Shown: positions 28,836-37,117 of the stretch, piece by piece
Numbering within the stretch: the first letter of the stretch is position 1
Layout of the letters: every line of letters begins with the position of its first letter
Assembly: GCA_949291675.1 (NCBI GenBank)
Contig: CASEWR010000009.1
Location: forward strand, 35,310 to 99,309
Direction: 5' to 3'
From: an uncultured Desulfovibrio sp.
GTDB lineage: Bacteria > Desulfobacterota > Desulfovibrionia > Desulfovibrionales > Desulfovibrionaceae
DNA length: 64,000 nt
Notes under the pieces: model-generated
Seen by the model: the letters and a program-made list of their open reading frames with translations, nothing else
What the model was told of the DNA's origin: nothing
Databases searched by the model: none
Made by a program: the position numbers and the translations under genes

Positions 28836-31763
28836 TTACACTGAACCGGGCAGCTGTGCGCCCTGCCTGAGCAGGTAGCGCTGGCTCGGTCCCTTGCCCT
28901 TGCGCTCAAGCAGACCGTCTTCCACAAAGACCTGCAGGTCATACTGGGCAGTGCGCGCCGAGACACCGGCAAGCTCCTGATAGTCCTTGCGGCTGAACTC
29001 GCCTGCTGCCTGCACAGCGGCGAAGATGCGCTCCAGTCTGGCATAGCTGGAGGTCTCTCTGGCACCAGGCGCCTTGCTTCTGGCGGATGTTGCAGGCTCT
29101 GCAGCACGTTGCTCTGCCTGACTGACTGTGTCAGGCAGGGCAGATGCAGCAGGCTCTGACTGTGCCGCAGCCTGGGCAGCGCGGTCGAATCCGCCGGCGG
29201 CAGTGTCGGCAGGAGCTGTGTCTGCAGGCACAGGGAGCATGCCGGCCACAGCGTCAGCCCGGGGTGCGGGAATGGCAGGGGGCATGGCCTGGCTTCCTGT
29301 ACCGGCCTGGCTGGCAGCCCTGGCAGGTTCCCCGGCTGCGGACACTGCTGCATCGGCCTGTGCCGCATTGTTGTTTGTCGCGTCCGGCTGTGTCGCAGCG
29401 GGCTTTGCCGCACCGTTTCGCGGCGCGTCCGGTTTTGCTGCACCAGGTTTTGCTGCACCGGGCTTTGCTGCACCGGACTTTGCTGCACCGGCCCTGGGCG
29501 CATCAGCCACGGGGATGGGCGTGTTCATCCTTCCCTGGTCTCTGGCCTGTTCGCGCAGCAAGGTCTTGGTGTCTGCAGCGCCCTGATCTGCGCCGAGCTG
29601 GAGATGATGGGGCAGGATGATGTCGCCGTCACAGAAGGCTGCTGTTCTGAAGATGGTATTGCTCAGCTCGCGCACATTGCCGGGCCAGTGATAGTGCATG
29701 AGGCGGCTCAGGGCACCCTTGCTCAGGCCCGGAATGGGGCGGGTGGCGTGTGACTGTTCGTGTGCCTGGCGCAGGAAGAAGAGGGCAAGATAGGGAATGT
29801 CCATCTTATGCTCGCGCAGGGGCACAGTATGAATGGTAATTACAGCCAGGCGGAAGTAGAGGTCCTCCCGGAAGGTCCCCTTCTGGATCTCCTCGCGCAG
29901 CTCGGCATTGGTTGCTGCAATGACCCTGGTATTGAAGGGGATGCTGGTATCCGAGCCAAGCGGGGTGATGCGCCGGTCAGAGAGGGCGCGCAGCAGGGCC
30001 TGCTGCACCTTGGGCGAGGCGTTGCCGACCTCGTCCAGCATGAGCGTGCCGCCCTCGGCAGTGAGGAAGGCGCCCTTGCGGCTGTCTCTGGCTTCCGAGA
30101 AGGCCCCCTTCACATGGCCAAAGAGGCTGTCCATGAGCAGACTTTCATCCAGGGCACCGCAGTTGATGGTCATGAAGGGGCCGTCTTTGTGGGCAGAGTG
30201 CATGTGGATGGCCCGGCTCACCAGTTCCTTGCCTGTGCCTGTCTCACCCATGACCAGGACATCGGCCTGCACCATGGCTGCCTGCAGGATATTCTGGCGC
30301 AGCGTGCGTATCTCGCTGCTCACCCCGATGATGCCATCCGGGGGAACGGGAATGTCGCCTGGCAGGTTGTGGGCTTCCTCAACCTCGATGCGTGCCGAGG
30401 TCAGGGTGTTCTCCATGTCGCGCTCATCCTCAAGCATGCGCAACTGTTCCAGGAGCTTGTTGACCTCGGTGCGCACCTCGCACACTTCCTTCGGCGCACT
30501 GCGCTCTGGCAGCGGTTTGGCCAGGGCCGAGGCGCCTGCCTCGGCAATGTCTCTGCGCAGGTAGTGCAGGGTTTTGCGCAGGGCTATGCCTGTGCAGAAC
30601 ATGGCCAGAGCGAGGAAGAAGACGGCTGCAGCACAGGCAATGAGATAGTGTCTGAGCATGAGGGAGCGCTGGTTGGTGGCTGCCAGGGAGGTATCCAGCA
30701 CCACAATGCCGCCCACCACGTCCGTGCGCCCCGCAGCGCCTGATGTATAGAGCACAGGCGCATAGCTGACTGTCTCCACGGGCAGGCCTTCCTTGTTCCA
30801 GGGCGTCTTGCTTGTCTGGAACTGGCCGGCTTCCTTTTTCTGGATATGATTCATCATGGTCCAGTAGGAGTAATAGTCGCCGCCCGGGCGGAAGCCCTGG
30901 GGGTAGCCGGCCCTGCCGAAATCACCCTGGAAGCCCGAGCGCACGCTGTCTATGGCTGCGGGCTGCTCTGCACTGCCCTGCTTCGTGTTGGTCTCGAAGA
31001 TCATCCAGCCGGCACTGTCCACAAAGAAGGCAGGGGGCGGAGCCAGGTCATTGCGCATGGAAATCGCGCAACGGGAGGTGACCTCGCACAGCCAGTCAAG
31101 GTCTATGGAGAGGATCAAATATCCCGCAAAGTCCCCGTTGCCCAGGGTGACAGGCGTTGTAAAGCGCATGAGCTGCACAGTCAGCTGGGTCTGGGAGGTT
31201 GTATTGTCAGGGTCAGTAAAGGAATAGGAGACCTCGGTGGGAATGGAGAGCGAGACTTCGTGCTCTTCGGGCTGGCGCAGGGGCAGATGGAAGGGGGAGG
31301 AGGGCTGCACGTCCGTGAGTTCCGGGGAGATGGAGCGCATTTTGCCCTTGTCCTGTATCCACAGGAAGCGTTTGCCTGCCTGGGCTCCGAGGCCCAGGAA
31401 GGCTGCCTCGCAGAATCGCGCATCGCCCATGGAATTGAGGATCTCCAGCCTGCGCCAGATGCGATGTTCGAATTCCTGGAAGGAGGTGGAGCCTGTGGCA
31501 AGAGTCACAATCTGATTGCGCGTTTCCTGAAGGGTCTGGGAAAGCGCAATACCCATGCTCTGGGAGAGGATATAGGAGTTTTGCGCGATAGCATTTGCCA
31601 GATTCTCCTCGACATTTTTGTGCGTGATCGCGAAAAGCGCAATCATGATAGCGAGGGGAACTGGCAGGCAGAAAAGCATAAGTCTGCGTACCAGGCCGGC
31701 ATTATTCCAGAAATGCGGCCTTGAAACGCGAAACTGCCGGGGGGAAAAGTGCAAATCAGCCAT
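28836..31763 (-). CDS. atypical sigma-54-dependent activator: N-terminal membrane-bounded sensor, AAA+ core, long Ala/Pro-rich linker, C-terminal winged-helix-like domain
   Basis: It has two TM segments flanking a ~330-aa extracytoplasmic region, GETGTGKE, a GAFSEA loop, and WPGNVRELSN. A ~175-aa low-complexity linker follows (29055-29579), and the C-terminus reads SRKDYQELAGVSARTAQYDLQVFVEDGLLERKGKG. Confidence 0.85.
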   Translation of the reverse strand: MADLHFSPRQFRVSRPHFWNNAGLVRRLMLFCLPVPLAIMIALFAITHKNVEENLANAIAQNSYILSQSMGIALSQTLQETRNQIVTLATGSTSFQEFEHRIWRRLEILNSMGDARFCEAAFLGLGAQAGKRFLWIQDKGKMRSISPELTDVQPSSPFHLPLRQPEEHEVSLSIPTEVSYSFTDPDNTTSQTQLTVQLMRFTTPVTLGNGDFAGYLILSIDLDWLCEVTSRCAISMRNDLAPPPAFFVDSAGWMIFETNTKQGSAEQPAAIDSVRSGFQGDFGRAGYPQGFRPGGDYYSYWTMMNHIQKKEAGQFQTSKTPWNKEGLPVETVSYAPVLYTSGAAGRTDVVGGIVVLDTSLAATNQRSLMLRHYLIACAAAVFFLALAMFCTGIALRKTLHYLRRDIAEAGASALAKPLPERSAPKEVCEVRTEVNKLLEQLRMLEDERDMENTLTSARIEVEEAHNLPGDIPVPPDGIIGVSSEIRTLRQNILQAAMVQADVLVMGETGTGKELVSRAIHMHSAHKDGPFMTINCGALDESLLMDSLFGHVKGAFSEARDSRKGAFLTAEGGTLMLDEVGNASPKVQQALLRALSDRRITPLGSDTSIPFNTRVIAATNAELREEIQKGTFREDLYFRLAVITIHTVPLREHKMDIPYLALFFLRQAHEQSHATRPIPGLSKGALSRLMHYHWPGNVRELSNTIFRTAAFCDGDIILPHHLQLGADQGAADTKTLLREQARDQGRMNTPIPVADAPRAGAAKSGAAKPGAAKPGAAKPDAPRNGAAKPAATQPDATNNNAAQADAAVSAAGEPARAASQAGTGSQAMPPAIPAPRADAVAGMLPVPADTAPADTAAGGFDRAAQAAAQSEPAASALPDTVSQAEQRAAEPATSARSKAPGARETSSYARLERIFAAVQAAGEFSRKDYQELAGVSARTAQYDLQVFVEDGLLERKGKGPSQRYLLRQGAQLPGSV
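29401..29490. repeat. 15-bp in-frame tandem repeat x6 encoding GAAKP-type pentapeptides (inside EBP linker)
   Basis: The sequence reads ggctttgccgcaccg / ... / ggttttgctgcacca / ggttttgctgcaccg / ggctttgctgcaccg / gactttgctgcaccg. Confidence 0.8.
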
Positions 31764-31870
31764 GACGCAACGCTCCACAAAGGTCTGTAGCAGTAAAATA
31801 GCACTGGAACAGGGATTTTGCAACTTTTTTCACAAGGTACCGGGGCCCTGGATGAAATCTGTGTGAGAAA

Positions 31871-31900
31871 AATCACGCATTATCGCGCAAAATCGCGCAA
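31871..31900 (+). promoter_or_regulatory. three phased 10-bp direct repeats (AATCACGCAT TATCGCGCAA AATCGCGCAA) abutting the -24 element
   Basis: The repeats are read directly from the sequence. The same ATCGCGCAA motif recurs at 40109-40314. Confidence 0.4.
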
Positions 31901-31915
31901 TGGCACGGAATATGC
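31901..31915 (+). promoter_or_regulatory. sigma-54 (-24/-12) promoter
   Basis: TGGCACGGAATATGC matches the consensus TGGCAC-N5-TTGC at 14/15 positions with correct GG/GC spacing. It lies 98 nt upstream of ATG 32013 and is divergent from an EBP gene. Confidence 0.6.
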
Positions 31916-32012
31916 TTCTTCCGGGGCGTGGCTTTTTTGCGAAATTTGTGCGCACTCACCGAACTTCAGGCATTGCGCCCAAGTCTCAGAACGATTTGAC
32001 AAGGAGAGAGTC

Positions 32013-32327
32013 ATGACGAAGCTGAGAAAACTTTCACTGAGAATTTCAGCGTGGTTTGTTGGCTGTTTCGCAACACTGTTGCTGATAGCCCCCGGTCTGG
32101 CCCTGGCTGCCAAGAAGGAAGCAGCCAACGTGGTCATCGTCGCTGATACCAGACGCCTCGACGGCATCCTGCTGTGGTGGGCCCAGATGTACAACGACAG
32201 CCATCTGTACTTCATGATCCTGACGATCATCATCATTCCGATCACCGGTTGTGTGTTTGGTATGCTGGCTGACCTGGTCATGAATCACATCGGCATCGAC
32301 CTCAAGCACAGAAAAGCTGCCGAATAG
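32013..32327 (+). CDS. small membrane protein (104 aa), unknown function
   Basis: AAGGAGAG lies upstream of the ATG. It has a signal/TM segment (WFVGCFATLLLIAPGLALA) and a second TM (YFMILTIIIIPITGCVFGMLADLV). Confidence 0.7.
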   Translation: MTKLRKLSLRISAWFVGCFATLLLIAPGLALAAKKEAANVVIVADTRRLDGILLWWAQMYNDSHLYFMILTIIIIPITGCVFGMLADLVMNHIGIDLKHRKAAE

Positions 32328-32338
32328 GGAGGTACATT

Positions 32339-33400
32339 ATGGACTGGTTGTATGTATTGATGCCCATTTCCGGCTGCACCGTCTTCTGGCCCGGTCTCAT
32401 CATCCTGGGTCTTGGTGTCGGCATCATCGGCGGTTTCTTCGGTATGGGTGGTGCCTGGATGGTTACCCCCGGTCTGAACATCCTTGGTTTCCCCATGGCC
32501 TTCGCCATCGGTACTGACGTTGCGCACATGGCCGGTAAATCCCTCATCTCCACCATGCGTCACGGCCGTTTCGGTAACGTTGACTACAAGCTCGGTCTGA
32601 CCATGCTTGTCGGTACCGTCGTCGGCGTGGAAATCGGCGCTCAGATCGTCATGCAGCTGGAACGTCTCGGCAGCGTTGACCAGGTTGTCCGCTGGCTGTA
32701 CGTCGTCCTGCTCATCCTCCTTGCCTGGATGGTGTTCCATGACATCGCCCTGCGCAAGAAGAAGGAACGTGAAGCTGCTGCCAAGGGTGAAGCCCTTGAC
32801 GAAAAGGCCACCGGTCTTGACTGGGCCACCAAGCTGCACGCCATCAAGATTCCCCCGATGGTCCACTTCCATCAGGCCGGCATCTACTGCTCCGCATGGC
32901 TCCCCATCGGCGTGTCCTTCCTCACTGGCGTTCTCGCCGGTATCCTCGGCATCGGCGGCGGCCTCATTCGTATGCCCGCCCTGGTCTACCTGGTTGGCTG
33001 CCCGACCCACATCGCAGTCGGTACTGACCTCTTTGAAGTGGCCATCTCCGGCCTGTATGGCGCTGCCACCTACACCCTGAAGGGTCGTACTGAACTCGTG
33101 GCCGCCCTCATCATGCTCGTCGGTGCTGCCGTCGGCGCCCAGATTGGCGCAGTCGCCACCAAGTACATCAAGGGCTACGGCATCCGCACCGCCTTCGGTC
33201 TGGCTGTTATCGGCTGCCTCTGCTCCGTCGTCCTCAAGCTCATCCAGCCCTACTTCCCCAACTACGCCGGTTTCATCAATGGCGTGGCTACCGTGGTCGT
33301 GCTCGGCTTCGTGACCGCCATCTCTGTGTACATCGCTGCCAAGATGGTCCATGGCGCCAAGCAGGAACTTGCTGAAAAGAAGCGCGCTGCCCAGAACTAA
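32339..33400 (+). CDS. TauE/SafE-family (DUF81) permease, long form with inserted cytoplasmic loop
   Basis: It has duplicated 4-TM halves with GGFFGMGG / GILGIGGG motifs and a charged loop (KKKEREAAAKGE). GGGAGG lies upstream. Confidence 0.85.
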   Translation: MDWLYVLMPISGCTVFWPGLIILGLGVGIIGGFFGMGGAWMVTPGLNILGFPMAFAIGTDVAHMAGKSLISTMRHGRFGNVDYKLGLTMLVGTVVGVEIGAQIVMQLERLGSVDQVVRWLYVVLLILLAWMVFHDIALRKKKEREAAAKGEALDEKATGLDWATKLHAIKIPPMVHFHQAGIYCSAWLPIGVSFLTGVLAGILGIGGGLIRMPALVYLVGCPTHIAVGTDLFEVAISGLYGAATYTLKGRTELVAALIMLVGAAVGAQIGAVATKYIKGYGIRTAFGLAVIGCLCSVVLKLIQPYFPNYAGFINGVATVVVLGFVTAISVYIAAKMVHGAKQELAEKKRAAQN

Positions 33401-33414
33401 CTGAGGAGGACACC

Positions 33415-33999
33415 ATGAGAACATACTACAAGATTCTGGCATTGTTCGTCCTCTGCCTCGGACTGGCAGCATGTGGCGACTTCGGACAGGTTGAACAGGG
33501 CCGCTGCGTGGCCTACGACGCCAGCAAACAGACCTTTACCCTGGTCCTGGATGTCAATCACGATGTGAACAATCCCTCCTACACCGGTGGTGTCATTCAG
33601 TACACCATGCCCGCTGACCCCGAAGAAATCGGTCCTGAGCCCACTGCCGGCGGCCGCGTGCAGATCAACACCGAGAAGAGCGAAGTCATCATCTACAGAG
33701 ATGGCAAGCTTGAGACCGTGAAGGTCGAGTTCACCGACATTCAGAAGAACATCAAGCCCTCCAACCCCAAGGTCAAGGGTCAGAAGTTCCCCATTATCGA
33801 CAAGGATAACGGCACCATCACAGAGTACTCCAGACGTCTGAGCGAAATCGTGACCTTCAAGGTTCCCGCCGAGTACCTCGACCTGCCCCCGAGCACCTGG
33901 GAAGCCGGTGACGAATGCCGCATCTACTACAAGGAAAATGCCAAGCATCAGGCTCTGCGTTTCATGAACGTGAGCAAGACCAACATCTTCAAGAAGTAG
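33415..33999 (+). CDS. lipoprotein of unknown function (resembles DUF4881-type proteins from memory; needs an HMM check)
   Basis: It has the lipobox LGLAAC. GAGGAGGA lies upstream of the ATG. The product is 194 aa. Confidence 0.7.
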   Translation: MRTYYKILALFVLCLGLAACGDFGQVEQGRCVAYDASKQTFTLVLDVNHDVNNPSYTGGVIQYTMPADPEEIGPEPTAGGRVQINTEKSEVIIYRDGKLETVKVEFTDIQKNIKPSNPKVKGQKFPIIDKDNGTITEYSRRLSEIVTFKVPAEYLDLPPSTWEAGDECRIYYKENAKHQALRFMNVSKTNIFKK

Positions 34000-34129
34000 T
34001 AAAATCCAGTACGCCTTGAAGCATCCCCTCCGGGGCCCCGCCTGCGGGGCCCCATGGAGAGGGGGGAAGTATGAAAGCAGTGCATGCTTGCGGTGAAGAG
34101 ACAGAGTGTACGGAAGAGGAGAAGAGCAG

Positions 34130-34471
34130 ATGAGACGGAACGACACAGACAATCAGTACAAGAGAACCATCTGGTTGTGCGCCATCAGGGTGGCTGCCAA
34201 TGTGGTTATGCTGGCTGCCGTGTGCCTGGCCATGTATCAGTCCTACTTGAACCCCGCTTCCTCTCTTTCTGTCTTCTGTCAGTACTTCTTTGGCATCAGT
34301 ATCGTCACCTGGATGCTGGCAAAGTTTGCCTGTTCCACTGTTCGTAAAATCTATGCAGACGCAGATGAAGGACTTGTACGCCTGCCGGGTCACAAGAAAG
34401 CAATGCTTGTGCACTGGAAGGTAGCCGAATCATCTCTGTATGTGCAGAGACCTTCGCAGATAGTACTGTAA
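34130..34471 (+). CDS. small membrane protein (113 aa), unknown function
   Basis: GAGGAG lies 8 nt before ATG 34130. It has two hydrophobic helices. The ORF is open from 34106. Confidence 0.5.
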   Translation: MRRNDTDNQYKRTIWLCAIRVAANVVMLAAVCLAMYQSYLNPASSLSVFCQYFFGISIVTWMLAKFACSTVRKIYADADEGLVRLPGHKKAMLVHWKVAESSLYVQRPSQIVL

Positions 34472-34679
34472 CAGGCCTGTCCAGGACCAGTGTACGGCCA
34501 GCTCACAGGCAGCTGCGCTCGTCTTTTACACGAACATATTCCACACGACCATTCCTTGCCTGTCAGCACCTCCTGCCTGCGGGCCGGGAATGCGTCTTTC
34601 GAGGTGCTGCCCAGCCCCCGCCTTTACATCCTGCGCGGTCAGGATTTGCCGGACAGCACCCCGCACAACTCTCCATAGA

Positions 34680-35075
34680 GACACCCTTCCCGATACCGGA
34701 ACCCCTTGCCCGTGTTCAGGGAAGGGTGTCACCCCCAGAGACGGCAGCAGGCGACATCGTCGCAGCGCCAGGGACATATCTCCACAAAGGGCACCCTTCC
34801 CGATACCGGAACCCCTTGCCCGTGTTCAGGGAAGGGTGCCAGACCCCAAGGGCAGCAGGCGAGATAGTCGCAGCGCCAGGGGCACACTTCTCCACAAAGG
34901 CATCCTTTCCGAAACGCGGAACCCCTTGCCCGCCTTTTGGAAAGGATGTCACTTTTCAGGCCAGGACCTGCCACAGGCCCTTCGGCGACACACTGAAGGC
35001 ACGTCCCCCCGCGCATGACACCCGTTGCTTTTCCGGACCCCCTTGCCCGGACTTGTAACGGGTGTCTCCATTTTT
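34680..35075 (+). repeat. tandem array of four ~110-bp structured units (candidate multi-hairpin ncRNA or REP-like element)
   Basis: The hairpin arms are 34680-34691/34719-34730, 34790-34801/34829-34840, 34899-34910/34939-34950 and 35017-35026/35057-35066. The loop core CGGAACCCCTTGCCCG is conserved. A T-run at 35071-35075 follows the last hairpin. Confidence 0.8.
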
Positions 35076-35204
35076 GCTGCCTGTTTGCCTCTTGCCTTTG
35101 GCCGGGCGTGCGCAGTGTCCTTCAGCCAGGCACAGGGCAAGATGCTTGCCCAAGAGGCAGGGAGACACTATTCTTGCAGGACACGATCACAGGAAGGAGT
35201 TGTA

Positions 35205-36311
35205 ATGGAAACAAACGTCCCCAACCATTCCCCGGACACTGCCGGCGGAGAATCCTGTCCCCCGAATCAGCGTCAGGCACAGCGCCTTGACCAGTGTCCC
35301 GAGTGGCTTCTCTACTCCAATGCCCGCGCACGGCAGCGCATGGCCGGTCTTGTTGCCGCAGTGCTCCTGATTCTGGCCATGGCCATCCTGGTGGACGGCC
35401 TCTTTGCCCGCATGCGTGGCGGCGGCTCCTACAGACTGGAGATGCTTGCCGGCACAAGCGAGCCCGTCTCAGGCCCCATGGGTAGTGCTCCGGCTGTGGA
35501 AAGCGACATGCGCGCCTTCCCCATCCCTGTGGATGCGCCCATCTCCTTTGAGTTCCAGGGCTTCTTCACCAGCTACTGGTTCGGAACAGGCATGTGGCGC
35601 GGCCTTGTGCACGTGAGTGAGACTGCTCCCAGCGGCACCTATGCCCTGGCAGTGGGCATTGAGGGACAGCCTTCCTCTTCCTTCCAGACCTATACCATCA
35701 GTGTGGCGCGCAGCGAGCGGGAGCAGTACAGGAATGCCCTCTCCCTGGTGCGGCGCTGGACAGGCTTCAATCCCTTCTGGCTTGCGGCAACCTTCGGCAT
35801 CCTGGGCATAGGTACAGGCCTCACCAGCTTTTTGCTGGGCAGACGGCTCAATGCCCTTCTGCGCGACATGGGCCTTGCGGAAATCGTGAAAGTTGTGCCC
35901 GAGGGCGACCTTGTGCGCGTCTATGCCGTGCAGGGCAAACGCGAGGTGACGGAGCAGAGCTATGTGGCCTATGACAGGGACATGAAGCGCCTTGGCAAGG
36001 TCATCTATGACGGCGAGAAAAACGGCATAGCCAGCTGCCTCTTTGTTCCTGCAGGCCACGGCATGCCCACCCCGGGCTCCTTTATCGCCTTCTGGGAGAG
36101 GGCGGACTTTACAGGTACCCCCATGCGCAGAGGCGTGTTCACGCCGCTGCTTGAAAAAGGCATGCAGGCCGTGCGCGACAAGGGGGCTGCCGAGGCCGGC
36201 GCTGACGCCAGGCCAGACAGCCAGCCAGGCAGCCAGACAGGCAGTGCAGCTGCAAAGGCAGAGCACAACGCCGGGGTGTCCGGCTGCGAAAAGGGGCAGG
36301 ACAAAGCCTGA
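35205..36311 (+). CDS. hypothetical membrane protein (368 aa, two TM segments)
   Basis: AGGAAGGAG lies upstream of ATG 35205. The TM helices are [15 protein letters not shown] and [21 protein letters not shown]. Confidence 0.6.
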   Translation: METNVPNHSPDTAGGESCPPNQRQAQRLDQCPEWLLYSNARARQRMAGLVAAVLLILAMAILVDGLFARMRGGGSYRLEMLAGTSEPVSGPMGSAPAVESDMRAFPIPVDAPISFEFQGFFTSYWFGTGMWRGLVHVSETAPSGTYALAVGIEGQPSSSFQTYTISVARSEREQYRNALSLVRRWTGFNPFWLAATFGILGIGTGLTSFLLGRRLNALLRDMGLAEIVKVVPEGDLVRVYAVQGKREVTEQSYVAYDRDMKRLGKVIYDGEKNGIASCLFVPAGHGMPTPGSFIAFWERADFTGTPMRRGVFTPLLEKGMQAVRDKGAAEAGADARPDSQPGSQTGSAAAKAEHNAGVSGCEKGQDKA

Positions 36312-36430
36312 CAACCTGCTGCACAGCACTCTTGCAGCGCACGCCACACAGCACGTACCTTAAGCACTTTTTTCAGAGCACCAGCTTTCTGAGCAGTCTC
36401 TTGTACAGCACTATTTTTCGGAGCACGTGT

Positions 36431-37039
<609 letters not shown>

Positions 37040-37117
37040 CACGACTGCAGCTGCACTGCATCTGCAGGGCTGTCCTTCGCCAATCCCCTTCTTTCTGAGT
37101 GAGTATGGAGTATACAA

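Noticed and set aside
34590-35058. Overlapping ORFs of 95-142 aa on both strands across the repeat array.
   Set aside because: They simply translate the tandem repeats (Pro/Arg/Gly-rich, repeated peptide blocks in several frames). They have no SD sequences and no coding-like periodicity.
34680-35075. Possibility that the repeat array is a CRISPR locus.
   Set aside because: The unit is ~110 bp and the 'spacers' are homologous to each other. The repeats differ by compensatory changes, only four units exist, and no cas genes are nearby.
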